From Perkinsela sp. CCAP 1560/9 (taxonomy: Eukaryota; Protista; Euglenozoa: Kinetoplastea), in NCBI GenBank assembly GCA_965644495.1, contig CBFFSA010000007.1, positions 806,001 through 870,000 of the forward strand: a DNA stretch of 64,000 nucleotides, written 5' to 3'. The notes under the pieces are model-generated. The model saw only the letters and a list, made by a program, of their open reading frames with translations, was not told where the DNA came from and did not search any database. Below, piece after piece: positions 40,441 through 51,724 of this stretch. A program made the translations under genes and the position numbers. How positions within the stretch are numbered: the first letter of the stretch is position 1; every line of letters begins with the position of its first letter.

Positions 40441-41775
40441 TTATCTGTGTTCACATGAACATGTTCCACTGCAACTACAGAGCATACAATCACCTTTGCC
40501 ACTCGAATCGGATTCGGATAATTCGGGTTCTCGTACTGCAATATGTGAAGTAGCATCTTTGCCTGACAATTGTTCAGTACTATTATTATGCGGTGATACT
40601 AGTTTTGCAACAAATTCTGTTCTGACAGCAATGCTTGCAGCTTTCTCCAGTAGTGCATCGGGTGTGTATTTGTTTAAAGCTTCCCTATGATCAAATACTG
40701 TAAAGCTGAGTCCTATACTTTTAATAAGAAGATCGGTTTGCGGATTGTTTGTTGAAAGGTATCTGGCGGACCTTCCTCCACTAGTCCATGATCCATAAGG
40801 AACACTACGCTGAAAAGATGGAATTTCGATATTTTCACATTTGGCACCTAACTCGGCTATCTCACGTGAAATCAACATTTCGGTGTCAATTAACGGATTC
40901 GGAAGTAGCTTTGTTTTTTCTGTCACACGTAGAATTGCGACCCATTCTCGATCCATTAGCAATGTTCTGCTAGAGTCCGCATTTTGAGCGTATAAAACTT
41001 GCAAGAAGTTTCTCCGTGGACCTGGCTTATCCAAAGCGAGAAAACGCGTCTTCCTATGCCCGTCGTGAGAAAGAATAGCTGCAAATTTAGTATGTAAATG
41101 TGCACTAAACCAATATGATGGCTTTAAAAGCCGAAGAAGTGACATTGCGTGAGGATTTCCGAGACGTTTTCTAGATATATCGTCTTCGAAGTGCGGCTTT
41201 TGCCGCAGCAACCTCTCAATGTTGCCGAAATCTGTTATGCCTAGTGGCCAGTCGTGGGAAACCATGATATCTATACTTGGGCTCAGCAAACTCAGTTTCT
41301 CCGCATCGGATCTTCGGATGTGATAAATACTTCTCTCAGTTCCGCGCGTAAAAGGTGGCGTTTCGGTAGTTGGGAGGTTTTCGTCCCTCCGGTTGTATAT
41401 GCCACTAATTCCAGCGATTCGCAGTCCAGCAAACTGCACACACCCAGTGCATCCTAGATAATAAATATTATCTGCCAACCATCCACCGTAGTACAGCTCC
41501 TTCAAGTAATTACTCGCCTCATGATTACCTCCTATGACGATCGTGAGAAGAGGAGCAAGCTTGGTGCCAGCGTAGTATTGGTAAAAGTCTCCCAAACGAC
41601 GGTACTTTTCTGGGACAGCTACGCATCCGAGATCCTCAGCATTTCGAGAGGCTTCAAGGTCACCACAGACAATGAGCAGTTCAATTTTTATTCCTTGATA
41701 TGACTCAATTCGACGAATACTATCATAAATAAGATCCAATTGACCGTGAGCACATCCTTCTACAGCGTAGTACAT
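40441..41775 (-). CDS. DBR1: Lariat debranching enzyme
   Basis: AVEGCAHGQLD, CGD, GGNHEAS, SHDWP, YWFSAHLH, TRFLALDK. Confidence 0.95.
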   Translation of the reverse strand: MYYAVEGCAHGQLDLIYDSIRRIESYQGIKIELLIVCGDLEASRNAEDLGCVAVPEKYRRLGDFYQYYAGTKLAPLLTIVIGGNHEASNYLKELYYGGWLADNIYYLGCTGCVQFAGLRIAGISGIYNRRDENLPTTETPPFTRGTERSIYHIRRSDAEKLSLLSPSIDIMVSHDWPLGITDFGNIERLLRQKPHFEDDISRKRLGNPHAMSLLRLLKPSYWFSAHLHTKFAAILSHDGHRKTRFLALDKPGPRRNFLQVLYAQNADSSRTLLMDREWVAILRVTEKTKLLPNPLIDTEMLISREIAELGAKCENIEIPSFQRSVPYGSWTSGGRSARYLSTNNPQTDLLIKSIGLSFTVFDHREALNKYTPDALLEKAASIAVRTEFVAKLVSPHNNSTEQLSGKDATSHIAVREPELSESDSSGKGDCMLCSCSGTCSCEHR

Positions 41776-42330
41776 GCAATATGGTAGATTAACCCGACAT
41801 TTTCTGTAATTACTATTTTTCAACAAAGTAACTAGGCTAAACGTTCTGATCAACGTAGTATACTCTACGAATACAACCTTAAAATCACATATTGGTCATG
41901 CGTAAAGATCAGTAAACGTTCGTGGAATCCCATGCGAAATTCTTTTCTAAGGTACAAAACACAGTTCTTCACCGTATACCCTTGAAAAGTACAGTGTGAG
42001 TTGCAGAGGGGGCTGTAGATTCATTCATGTACTTTCAATGAGCTTCGTGAGCCTTTTGAAGACAAGCACTTAGAAAAATGCTTCGAAAAAGTGTGTCCAG
42101 GCGCATTTTCTAGACGAAATATTCCTTTCGAGTCAAACGCCTTCGATCATATTGCAGAATCTGTGGTAGATGTAATTGGCACGATTACGGAGCACTATGT
42201 AAAACACAGTACGACGAGGGATGCAAAGCTGTATGAAATGTGGCCGAAGCCTCATATTCTTGATGTAATCTCTACATCCCTGTATTGATATACATCTGTT
42301 TGTGTCCGTTATTTATATTTCTTTCGGGTC

Positions 42331-44508
42331 TCAGGCGTCAGTTTCTTGTGGGCTTATAGTAGCAATCAAAGTACCTTTACTTAAGACGCTGTTTAAAGAG
42401 CAATGATACTTTACTGCACCACTCATTGAGCATTTTGCGCAATGCTCCATTTTCATGGCTTCGATTAGGGCGACTGTACTTCCCGACGTCACATGGGCTC
42501 CTTCGGGGAAACAAAACGCGATAATTTTTCCTTGTATTGTGCTATAAACGCTAGACGACTGCTGAATCGCTTTCTTTTTTCCACTCACAAAACTATTCAC
42601 GGTACTGTACTGAAGCGTTTCGTGCCCCGGAAGAAGGAGTTCCACTATGGGCTTCCCAGCTCCATCATGTGAATTTACGGCTCGAAACCGAATGACTTCT
42701 TTATTGTTTAGTGTTGTGACGTAATGATGTGGAGAGGCACTATTCTCTGCACTATGGTTTCTTTCATATGAGATGCTCATATGCATTCTCTGAGTGGGAT
42801 CTTCATTAAGGATATTTTGAGTTACAGTATTACATGTAGTCGACTTGTGTGATGAAAATCCATTTTGCCCTTCAGAGACTTCGAAATCCAAAATCAGAGT
42901 AAAATTTTCCACTTTGGGTTGCACAGTGTATTGGATAGAAAACGTTTCCTTGGTACGAGACGTCAAAATGAGTCTGGAGGTGTAATTTTGGTTTAAACGA
43001 AAAAAAGCGAATGGTGATGGATTACAATCGTTTCCCAACCACGAATCGTAAACTAAAACTGCCGCAGCCAACAAAGGAGCCACTTTTGGTGGCATGTCCC
43101 TGAGCAGTGCTTCGAGGTTCGCTTCTAAAAACCGTGTAGTTATACTGTTTTTCTGAACCGCGTCATGACGTAGAAGATTACCCAGCAAGTTAATATTCGT
43201 TGGAAATCCAGTAACGTGAAATTGTCGCATTGCATTTTGAAGAGCGTTCAGGGCGGAGCTCCTCTCTTTCCCTGAAGCAATCACTTTGGCAATTAAAGAG
43301 TCAAAATGCATCGATATTGTATCACCGCTTCTAAATCCGCAATCGATACGAACGTTTGTCCCCGGTTCTTCGACAATTTCGCTTGCTGGTGTCAAATAAC
43401 TGATAACACCATTGGAAGGCGCAAACTCTTGATCCGGTGCCTCAGCACACAATCGCGCTTCGATGGCATGACCGACCACTTCAACGTCGTCCTGAGAAAA
43501 CGGCAAGGGTTTACCCGCGGCAATCTCCAGCTGCAGCTCCACGAGATCTACACTTTCTCCACACGCCCGGATGATGGCCTCCGTGACCGGATGCTCCACT
43601 TGCAGTCTTGTGTTTACCTCCAAAAAGAAATACTGCCGAATGTCGGGGTCATACATAAACTCCACCGTTCCCGCACCCTCATATTCCGCGAGATGCACAA
43701 TTTGAACCGCCGTGCTTGTCATCGCCTCCCTTATCTCCCTCGGCACGCCTGCTGGAGCTTCTTCCACAATTTTCTGATATCTTCTTTGCAAGCTACAATC
43801 TCGGGTTCCCAAATGCACCGCCTTACCCTTACCATCCCGTACCACCTGTACCTCCACATGCCGAGCGTTCGTAAAGAAACGTTCGAGCAAAACTTTGTCA
43901 TCTCCAAAGCTGCGCATGGCGTCTCGACGAGAGGCTTGTAATTTTTCAGAAAAACTCTCGGGATTGGGGACAACAACCATCCCCCTCCCCCCTCCGCCCG
44001 CTACGGCCTTAATCAACAAAGGATAGCCCAGTTTTTTAGCCTGGCTCTTCAGCGTGCTCTCGGTCTGATCCTCTCCACTGTAGCCCTGAATCACCGGAAT
44101 GTTATTTTTCAACATTAGTTTTTTACTTTCACTTTTATTTCCGAGGAGTCGAATGACCGCACCAGAGGGACCGACAAAGGTGAGCGCATGTTTTGACAAG
44201 AGATCCGCGAAATCCGCATTCTCACTTAGAAACCCGTAGCCCGGGTGAATCGTATCGGCCCCGGATTGTTGAGCCACACTTAATATTTTTTGTGCATTTA
44301 AGAAAGTGTTGGCAGCAGGGGGAGGACCAAGGGAGTAAGCTTCGTGGGCCATAGAAACGTGAAGTGCAGAGGCCTCGGTTTCGTCAAAAACAGCAACCGT
44401 TCGTAGCCCGATGCGACGGGCCGTGCGGAGGATACGACAGGCAATTTCGCCGCGGTTCGACACCAGGAGTTTGGAGAGGTGAAGACAGCCGGTGCAAGGG
44501 GAAAACAT
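42331..44508 (-). CDS. MCCA: 3-methylcrotonyl-CoA carboxylase alpha subunit (biotin carboxylase plus biotin carrier)
   Basis: NRGEIACR, HPGYGFLSENADF, GGGGRGM, RDCSLQRRYQK, EVNTRLQVEHPVTE, EAMKME. Confidence 0.85.
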   Translation of the reverse strand: MFSPCTGCLHLSKLLVSNRGEIACRILRTARRIGLRTVAVFDETEASALHVSMAHEAYSLGPPPAANTFLNAQKILSVAQQSGADTIHPGYGFLSENADFADLLSKHALTFVGPSGAVIRLLGNKSESKKLMLKNNIPVIQGYSGEDQTESTLKSQAKKLGYPLLIKAVAGGGGRGMVVVPNPESFSEKLQASRRDAMRSFGDDKVLLERFFTNARHVEVQVVRDGKGKAVHLGTRDCSLQRRYQKIVEEAPAGVPREIREAMTSTAVQIVHLAEYEGAGTVEFMYDPDIRQYFFLEVNTRLQVEHPVTEAIIRACGESVDLVELQLEIAAGKPLPFSQDDVEVVGHAIEARLCAEAPDQEFAPSNGVISYLTPASEIVEEPGTNVRIDCGFRSGDTISMHFDSLIAKVIASGKERSSALNALQNAMRQFHVTGFPTNINLLGNLLRHDAVQKNSITTRFLEANLEALLRDMPPKVAPLLAAAVLVYDSWLGNDCNPSPFAFFRLNQNYTSRLILTSRTKETFSIQYTVQPKVENFTLILDFEVSEGQNGFSSHKSTTCNTVTQNILNEDPTQRMHMSISYERNHSAENSASPHHYVTTLNNKEVIRFRAVNSHDGAGKPIVELLLPGHETLQYSTVNSFVSGKKKAIQQSSSVYSTIQGKIIAFCFPEGAHVTSGSTVALIEAMKMEHCAKCSMSGAVKYHCSLNSVLSKGTLIATISPQETDA

Positions 44509-44857
44509 GAGGGTGATTAGTGTGGCATTATGATATTTTTCTCCAATTTAACAAGCACTTCGAGAGTAAGACTAGAGATTAGGGGAATGGAGGGCGCACG
44601 ATATTCCAATTATAAAATGAGTATAGATTTTAAATATTGATATCCCAAATTTCATTCTTGCTTACCATGCATGCATTCATTTTAAATATTAGAACAATTT
44701 ATTTTTCGTCTATCTGTTTAATATTCTCCAAATGCACTCCGATTCTTGTGTCTATTTCTGCATGTAGGATCCATCTTGCTGAGGGGGGGTCAAGAATGAT
44801 CAACTGTTATCAAAGATTGCTAATCATCAGCAAGCAGGAATTTGTGTGAGTAGCACC

Positions 44858-46387
44858 TCATTTCTTAGACAAGTACCTGCTTTGTAAATGATCTTGAAAA
44901 TGTTTCGGGTTTAGATCTTCTCCCGTGGATTCCACTAGTATTTGTGAAACACTCTTCAAAGACGCCTTTTTCCACACGTTCTCATCTAAAAATTCGAAAA
45001 TAAAATCGAACTCGCCATTTCCCACAAGCCGATCAAACGCCTTATGTTTACGACGAAGGGCAACCGCAAACTGTGCAGCATACATGGCGCCCAAGCTGTA
45101 GGTGGGAAAATAACCAAAAGCCCCCGTGGACCAGTGAATATCTTGCATGCACCCATCCTTGTAATTTCCTGTGGTGTCGACGCCCAAGTACGACATCATC
45201 TTTTCCTGCCAAAGGTCTGGGATGGCTTCGGGCTCAATTTCTCGGTTAATCAAAGCTCTCTCAATTTCGTAGCGCAGAATAATATGCATCGGGTATGTTA
45301 GCTCATCGGCATCCACGCGAATGAACCCAGGACGTACCTCTGTCGACAAACGTTGTAGGTTTTCGGGGGTAAAAACAAGATCATTCTTTTCCTTCAATGG
45401 ATTCACACCGAAGTATTTCGCGATCATGGGTTGTATGGCACGTAGGAAGGCCAGGGATCGGCCTAGCTGCATCTCCATAAAAAGCGACTGACTCTCGTGC
45501 ATCCCCATTGAACGTGCGCGTCCTGCAGGTTGAGTGCTCCACTCGTGAGGCAAATGCTGTTCGTACTTTGCGTGCCCGGTTTCGTGAATCACTCCCATAA
45601 GACTTTGAAATGCGAGCTCAGGATCCTCTCCGTATCGCGTGGTGATGCGCACATCGTCCGTGACACCGCCGCAAAAGGGGTGAGTGCTGACATCCAGTCG
45701 TCCAGCATCGCAATCAAATTTTAACACCTCCATTGCTTCTTTTCCCAACGCTTTCTGATTCTCGATCGGAATACGTCCCGCTACTCTGTGAATCGTAGCC
45801 TCCTTTTGCTGCGCCACAACTGTGCGAATGAGCTCTGGAAGCTATGACTTTAGGGAACCAAACGCTTCAGAAATTTTCTCCGAAGTCATCTCGGGCTCGT
45901 ACTTATCCAACAGCGCATCATAGGGTGTGGAAAACCCATACGAACGCTGCAGCAACTCTGCCTCCTGCCGTGCCAGAGAGACGACCTCAGAAAAATTTTC
46001 TAAAAAACCCTTCCAGTTATTTGCCCCCCGTTGGGTTCGCCATCCATGTTCACACTTATCATTGGCCATGGAGATACGCCGGACTAAATCCGCCGGGAGG
46101 GCATTGGCCGCACGCCACTGTCGTCTCATTTCACAGAGATTGGCTTTTTCGTTGGGCTCTAACGCACTCCCCGATGCTGCTGCGGTTTCTATCCACCCTT
46201 CAAGCTTTGTATCGGTGATAAGATCATGCGAATGGGATCGCAGCTCGGCAAGACACGCGGCTCGGCTCTCGACCCCTTTGTTGGAGACATTGACGCTAAA
46301 GTCCCAAGAGAGGATGGCGTCGGCATGGGCGTAGCGATGGAGTCGAGTGAAGACAGAGACGAGCTCCTTGTAGGCGGCGCGGGACAT
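44858..46387 (-). pseudogene. M32 metallocarboxypeptidase interrupted by one in-frame TAG (45842-45844); pseudogene, recoded gene or sequence error
   Basis: Both ORF halves share a frame (FGSLKS*LPELIRTVVAQQK, 509 codons). HPF, DVRITTRY, HETGH, HESQS, IRVDADE, QDIHW and GYFPTY are intact. Confidence 0.85.
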
Positions 46388-46731
46388 GGGGGAAAAGGAG
46401 GAGGTGCGAGGGGGGGAGGGGAAACAGTTTCTAAGGACAAGAAAGAAATAAAGGGTCGGGTGTAGCTAAAATAGGTAGGATAAAGGTAACCGCCATGACG
46501 TGTTCCACGTGCTTTTCTCCTTTTTTCTTCGCCTCTATCTACCGTAAAGGAGAATATAAAACATTTATAAACAGTGGACATTAGAATAAGGCTACATATT
46601 GTTAAAGAACTCAAGTATCAGATGATGTAATCCTGTTCGCATTGCAAAATACAATATGTAAGATTGTAAAAGGACTGTAGGCGCTGCAGGGACGTCTCAT
46701 GTGTACAAGGGTTATGTAAGAGCGATTCGAT

Positions 46732-47052
46732 TCACTCACCTTGCACAAGCTCCACGAGCTTACCGTTCTGTTTTAACTGCAGTAAAGCGTCGTATCCTCC
46801 AACATATTTCTGGTTAATGAAGATTTGAGGAACCGTGTTCGATCCCGTTCGACTATACGCGGATCGGAAGACTTCTCGCCCATTGGGAATAATATCGATT
46901 TCTAGTGAGACAAAGCGCTGGCCAACTTCAACAAGGACGGACTTGGCTTGAACACAGTAACTGCAATAAGTAGCGCTGATTACCACTACCTTGTTCTGTC
47001 GGAGCATTGTATTTAAAAATTCCGAGGCTTTGTCCGGATTAAGTTCGCTCAT
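46732..47052 (-). CDS. GRX2: Dithiol glutaredoxin, kinetoplastid Grx2-type
   Basis: SATYCSYC, RFVSLEIDIIPNGREVF, TVPQIF, GGYD; closely resembles trypanosome Grx2 (recalled). Confidence 0.88.
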   Translation of the reverse strand: MSELNPDKASEFLNTMLRQNKVVVISATYCSYCVQAKSVLVEVGQRFVSLEIDIIPNGREVFRSAYSRTGSNTVPQIFINQKYVGGYDALLQLKQNGKLVELVQGE

Positions 47053-47206
47053 GGGCTGACTCTGTGTTTCAGTGTGATGTTATTTGAATAGACGTAAAAA
47101 CAGAAGAAAATGTAACAGTACTTTAGTACCATAATAAAGGGTTATCATGCTTTGCCAAAACATTAATCTGAAAATCTATACTTCTGGAGACTTTACAAAG
47201 ATTGGT

Positions 47207-47818
47207 TTACTTCGAGTCTTCTTCTTTAGCTTTGGGGAGATACGCCATAAGATAAGGATAACGTTTAGAAAACTCATCAACCCCTCCTCGGTAGTGCCTA
47301 ACATTGTAATATCCAAGAAAACGGAGAATAGAGAACGCTGTGGTGGAACGCGCACCGAACTGACAGTAGCACACAATCTCCGTGTGCTTTTGAGGCCTCG
47401 TAAAGCCATACCTCTTCATAAAAGGAATTTCCAAAGTTTGTATTCCGTAATAAAGTTCATCAATCGGTAATAAATTGGATCCTACTATCAAGCCCGTCCG
47501 TTCGGCTTCAAAAATCGAGCGAACATCAAGCAGGAGAGGTGGATCTTTTTCTATTACCTCGGTATCGGTTAACGAAAATTGTTTCTTTTTTTCTGGGACC
47601 AATACGTCGGACATAATCCTGGTCGATCCGGACTCCTCACTTCTGACTGTATCACCGGAAGTTTCTTTGTACATGCTCAATATCTTGTCTCGAAGCTCGG
47701 ATGCACTTATTTCACTTCTTTGGTTTGTAGAACTGGACGTAAATGCTCTACGTGACGCACATTGAAAATATCTAGACTTTCTCTGAATATGGAGAACACT
47801 CCTAACTTGTAAAAGCAT
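47207..47818 (-). CDS. Mitochondrial single-domain rhodanese
   Basis: Presequence; LLDVR, VCYCQFGARS, NVRHYRGG. Confidence 0.88.
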   Translation of the reverse strand: MLLQVRSVLHIQRKSRYFQCASRRAFTSSSTNQRSEISASELRDKILSMYKETSGDTVRSEESGSTRIMSDVLVPEKKKQFSLTDTEVIEKDPPLLLDVRSIFEAERTGLIVGSNLLPIDELYYGIQTLEIPFMKRYGFTRPQKHTEIVCYCQFGARSTTAFSILRFLGYYNVRHYRGGVDEFSKRYPYLMAYLPKAKEEDSK

Positions 47819-48098
47819 TCTGTAGAAACGGAATGATGGTCAATGCGAACTTCCACGTTGAAGAAATCTAATAAACCGCATTTCCGGAGGCTTCCTTCAT
47901 GAAAAGTGTTTGAACGAAAACGTTAAATGAAACTTAATAAAAACTCTGGTGAGTCACAGAAGTCGAACAAAGCTGAAATGAAACAATCGAGAAACGAACC
48001 GAAGTAAAATAATAAAAGATTCATGAATCCGACACATCAAAGTAATCAATAGTCTCGTTCGCTCAAGCGTTACAGTACGTGCTTCGTAAGAAAGTAGC

Positions 48099-48386
48099 TT
48101 ATTTGTTCGACAATGCACCCGGAGGTAATCCCATATGGGCCTCTTGCTCCCGTCGCTCCCTGGATTCTCCAAGGAAGGTATACACTTCAAAGAAACGATC
48201 AACACATCGCTTCTGGCATTGAAGCTGAGATGGTGTGGGCTCCTGAAACTCACCCTGGGAGAGTATATTGCCATCCATCGAACTGTCGTAGCAAGTTCTC
48301 CAACACAGGCCAATGGAGTGTGATGCTAAGTCGACCATTACACCTTGGTCCATTCCCTGGTGAAGCGCGAATTGCTGAGCATTCAT
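48099..48386 (-). CDS. Small Tim chaperone (twin CX3C), kinetoplastid Tim11-like
   Basis: CWRTC...CQKRC; C-terminal RERREQE...GLPPG resembles a trypanosome small Tim (recalled). Confidence 0.75.
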   Translation of the reverse strand: MNAQQFALHQGMDQGVMVDLASHSIGLCWRTCYDSSMDGNILSQGEFQEPTPSQLQCQKRCVDRFFEVYTFLGESRERREQEAHMGLPPGALSNK

Positions 48387-48602
48387 GTTCGTGGAAAAAA
48401 TGATAAATAAAGTTGGCGATGCATATTGTTTTGTACGATATTTCTCATATTGAATGCCTTAAAGGTTGTAAAAAATGTTGTTAAAAATGTATAGGATTGC
48501 GTTAGCATTGTGCACTGCAGTGCATAAAACAAATCATTTGGCTCTTAGCCGTGTCATTAGCTTATAAACTTTAAGTAACAATCGAAATCGCATGAATGGC
48601 TC

Positions 48603-51242
48603 TTATGTTCCCCACCGCTTGGCGTTAAATACAGTAACACCCGTAAACTCTTCTTCCGGCGTCGAACATAAAATGGCCACACCTCGTACATTTCGTTTCT
48701 CATGTGACCCGTTCATTATTCTATTGCTGACTCTCGTGAAAGGAAAAGCTAGTCGAGCTTTTTGAATAGTATATATTTTTAATTCTGCTTCTTCAAAGTG
48801 AGTTTCTGCTGCAGCATCGCCACTGTCTTCTGTGGCAGAAGGGCATTCGTCCGTCTTAGTTTGAAACCCGTGCCAGTGCGCATCGACACATGCTGTGTAT
48901 TTCTGTCCAAGCGCAATTTTCGCAAAACCGTCCGGCCCGTATGCAAAAATGTTCGGCAATGAGCGGGAAAAAACCTCCGCAAAGAGTTCACCTTTTCCCG
49001 GCTTAAGAATACTAACTTCGGGAGAAAGTATTACGGCTCGTATTCCCGAACAAGCACTCCTCTTTCCATTTTCTTGACGCAAACGGGTAGAATACACCAA
49101 TTGACCCATCGACGGGGAGCACAGTGAAATAAAGTTTAATTGTTGGTCACGCGAAAGGGTAACAATACCGGCAAGTTTTGAAGCGCATGCTTCTTGATCT
49201 TTTAACGAATTCGAATCAGGGTCAGCAGGTTCAGAAAACGGAACTAAAACAACATCTACGATCGCACTACTCTCAAAACAATCCACGGAATCCCTATCCC
49301 CCATCCGAATCCTTCCCGGAATTGCGGAGTACACCACCGTCCTCGTCCCCGCATCCCACACAAAAACACAACTATTCCTATCTGTGATCGCGACCATGTT
49401 TTCAAAACAAACCACGCGCGACACACACTGGCTGCAGGTGAGAACGGCGAATACCTCCCCGTTGGACGGCTCCACTCCCCACACCTTACCATCCGCACAC
49501 CCGACGATCAGCACCCACTCTTGTGAGCCCACTGAGGCAAACCCCATTGTCGTGATCCCGCACACATTTCGGGAAATTCCTCTACTGGTGCCAAACCCCT
49601 CCGGAGCCGTAATCGATACGTTTGAGGCCGAGGCCTCATACACACGTATCACCCCCAGGGAGATATCCGTAGCATACGACCCCCAGGTTGCGTCACCCGA
49701 CAACGCTACACATCGCACATTTCCAGGAAGCGCTTTTGTCGAAAACTGGGCTAACGTACGCACTCGTGTCGAAGACGTAAGCTGCCACAGAAACAGTCCC
49801 GCTTTTCCAATCCCCAACACCAAAGGACGACAACCCTCAGAAGAACCATACCCAACCGCATACCCTTGACCGGGGTGAACCGCAATCTCATGTTTCACCA
49901 CATTCCCCCTCATCTCCAGCCAGCTACGCCCAAACATCTCACGAAACCCCTCCTCACGGTTCGTCACAAAAAGCTCTCCATCTAAACCGGCAGAAATCAC
50001 ACAAAAAGAACCAGAAGCGGAACCAGCAGAACCACCAGAACCCGCCCTACTCGTCACACAGGTCACATCATTCCAATGGACCCTTCGGGTGCGTCGTCCC
50101 ACCCGCCACCCCTTCCCCCCCTCCCCCTCAGCCTCCAGCGTCACCACATCCCGTGCCACCCCGACCCCCACCACGGTCGTGTCCCCCACGAAGGCGACAC
50201 TCAGCATTGCAGCCCTCGAGAGGTGAAAGCTGTGGGAGACGAACCCCCCGGCGGTGTCACACACAAAGAGGTCCCCGGTGTGGGTGCCGGCCACCGCGAC
50301 GGAGGGGTGGGAGGGGTGGGAGGCCAGGCAGAGGACAGAGGGGACCGTAGGGGGCGTAGTGTGGCCGGCTGCTGCTTTTTGTCCTGCCACACGGAGCAGG
50401 ATGCTTTTTGAGGGACGGATGACAAGGGAGGAAGCACGGCCGATTCGTGTGGTGTTGGTTGTTGTTGCTGTGTTGGTTGTTGTTGCTGTGTTGGTTAACG
50501 ACAACGATGCATCTTTTTTTGTGGTCTCGATAAACCGCAGGGTATCAAACACTTGTACACAGCCGTAGTTGTCCCCGAGGAGGAAGGTGGCCCCGTGGGG
50601 GGAGGGGGCGACACAGAGTGCGGCGGTGGCGCTGGGGTGCTTGGTGCCGACCCCGCGGAGGGTGAAGTGTTGGGAGGGGTCGAATACCCGAGTGGTGCCG
50701 TCCTCACAGGCGGTGAGGAGGTAATGGGGGAGGGAGGGGGGAGGGGAGGTTGTGGGGTTGTGGGGAGAAGCATGATTTTGTTGTGGGGGTTGAAAGGTAA
50801 GGGTTGTGGCATGAAAGAAGCCGCCTCCAGAAGGGGGGGTGAGGACTTCTTTTAAAACTAGAGAGCGTGCATCGTAGATGAGGAACTGGCCGGAGAGAGT
50901 GGCAGCGACCAGAGATTCCATTAGCATTGATGCAGAGGCGGTCTCATCTTCCACCATCTCCTGTACACTTTGCGTCGTGGGAGAGGAGACGCACCAGAGA
51001 AGGGACCGGATGGTAACGGATTTCAGACCGCTGGCTTGGACGGCAGGGCGGAAAGGGGTGTAGTTTTTGGCGGTTTTGTCGGATTCGTACTCGACAAGCC
51101 TAGATGTGTCCGCCGTTCGTGTCCATATTTCAATACCCCCGTCATCTCGAACCAGTGCAAGTCGTAGACCGGAGTGGTCGAGGGAAAGAGTGGTTATCCC
51201 AACGGGTGGACGGTGTACCGGTAACTGGCGAATAGATATCAT
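48603..51242 (-). CDS. UTP4: WD40 protein, U3 snoRNP-associated UTP4/cirhin-like
   Basis: ITTLSL..RLALVRDDGGIEIW, IRSLLW, HWNDV, ISAGLDG; WD40 repeats with low-complexity inserts. Confidence 0.7.
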   Translation of the reverse strand: MISIRQLPVHRPPVGITTLSLDHSGLRLALVRDDGGIEIWTRTADTSRLVEYESDKTAKNYTPFRPAVQASGLKSVTIRSLLWCVSSPTTQSVQEMVEDETASASMLMESLVAATLSGQFLIYDARSLVLKEVLTPPSGGGFFHATTLTFQPPQQNHASPHNPTTSPPPSLPHYLLTACEDGTTRVFDPSQHFTLRGVGTKHPSATAALCVAPSPHGATFLLGDNYGCVQVFDTLRFIETTKKDASLSLTNTATTTNTATTTNTTRIGRASSLVIRPSKSILLRVAGQKAAAGHTTPPTVPSVLCLASHPSHPSVAVAGTHTGDLFVCDTAGGFVSHSFHLSRAAMLSVAFVGDTTVVGVGVARDVVTLEAEGEGGKGWRVGRRTRRVHWNDVTCVTSRAGSGGSAGSASGSFCVISAGLDGELFVTNREEGFREMFGRSWLEMRGNVVKHEIAVHPGQGYAVGYGSSEGCRPLVLGIGKAGLFLWQLTSSTRVRTLAQFSTKALPGNVRCVALSGDATWGSYATDISLGVIRVYEASASNVSITAPEGFGTSRGISRNVCGITTMGFASVGSQEWVLIVGCADGKVWGVEPSNGEVFAVLTCSQCVSRVVCFENMVAITDRNSCVFVWDAGTRTVVYSAIPGRIRMGDRDSVDCFESSAIVDVVLVPFSEPADPDSNSLKDQEACASKLAGIVTLSRDQQLNFISLCSPSMGQLVYSTRLRQENGKRSACSGIRAVILSPEVSILKPGKGELFAEVFSRSLPNIFAYGPDGFAKIALGQKYTACVDAHWHGFQTKTDECPSATEDSGDAAAETHFEEAELKIYTIQKARLAFPFTRVSNRIMNGSHEKRNVRGVAILCSTPEEEFTGVTVFNAKRWGT
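49840..50845. other. GC-rich skew-switch island 4
   Basis: C/A-rich (tail extends to ~49250) to ~50220, then G/T-rich. Confidence 0.8.
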
Positions 51243-51724
51243 GAAGTCGAAAATTATTCAAAGAATTCTTTTGTCATTTCCTTTTAAAAAAGCATTACAT
51301 AAAAACATTTATGGTCCCTGAGAAATATTGTTCAAATTACATCGTACTATACAACACCAATAATTTGTAGTATAGTATATTATTCGAATCAACAAACTCA
51401 AGTTTGATGGCAAGTATGAAATAATAGCTCTGCTGACTCTGCTAATTCGGCATATTCCACAGCTGCGGATTTTTTCAACACCACTTATGACGTGCTGTGA
51501 CGAATTCGCAAGCAAAAAACGAAAGTGACAATTATCATGCAGTGTGTTTCTGAACACAAAAGCAGAGCTTTAGAGCAAAATACCAAGTCGCGCATTGCTC
51601 TAAATTGGAAGAAACTAAATAATAGAAACCAAACTCATAGGGAAAACCTTGGCTTTACAAATAGGTTCAAATAGGTGTTCTCTACTGCTCCACGTACATA
51701 CCAGAACCTACTTTGAGCGGGCTG

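Noticed and set aside
33825-45844. Alternative genetic code (stop codon reassignment)
   Set aside because: In-frame stops occur only in the decayed retroelement and one M32 site; TAA, TAG and TGA all terminate intact genes.
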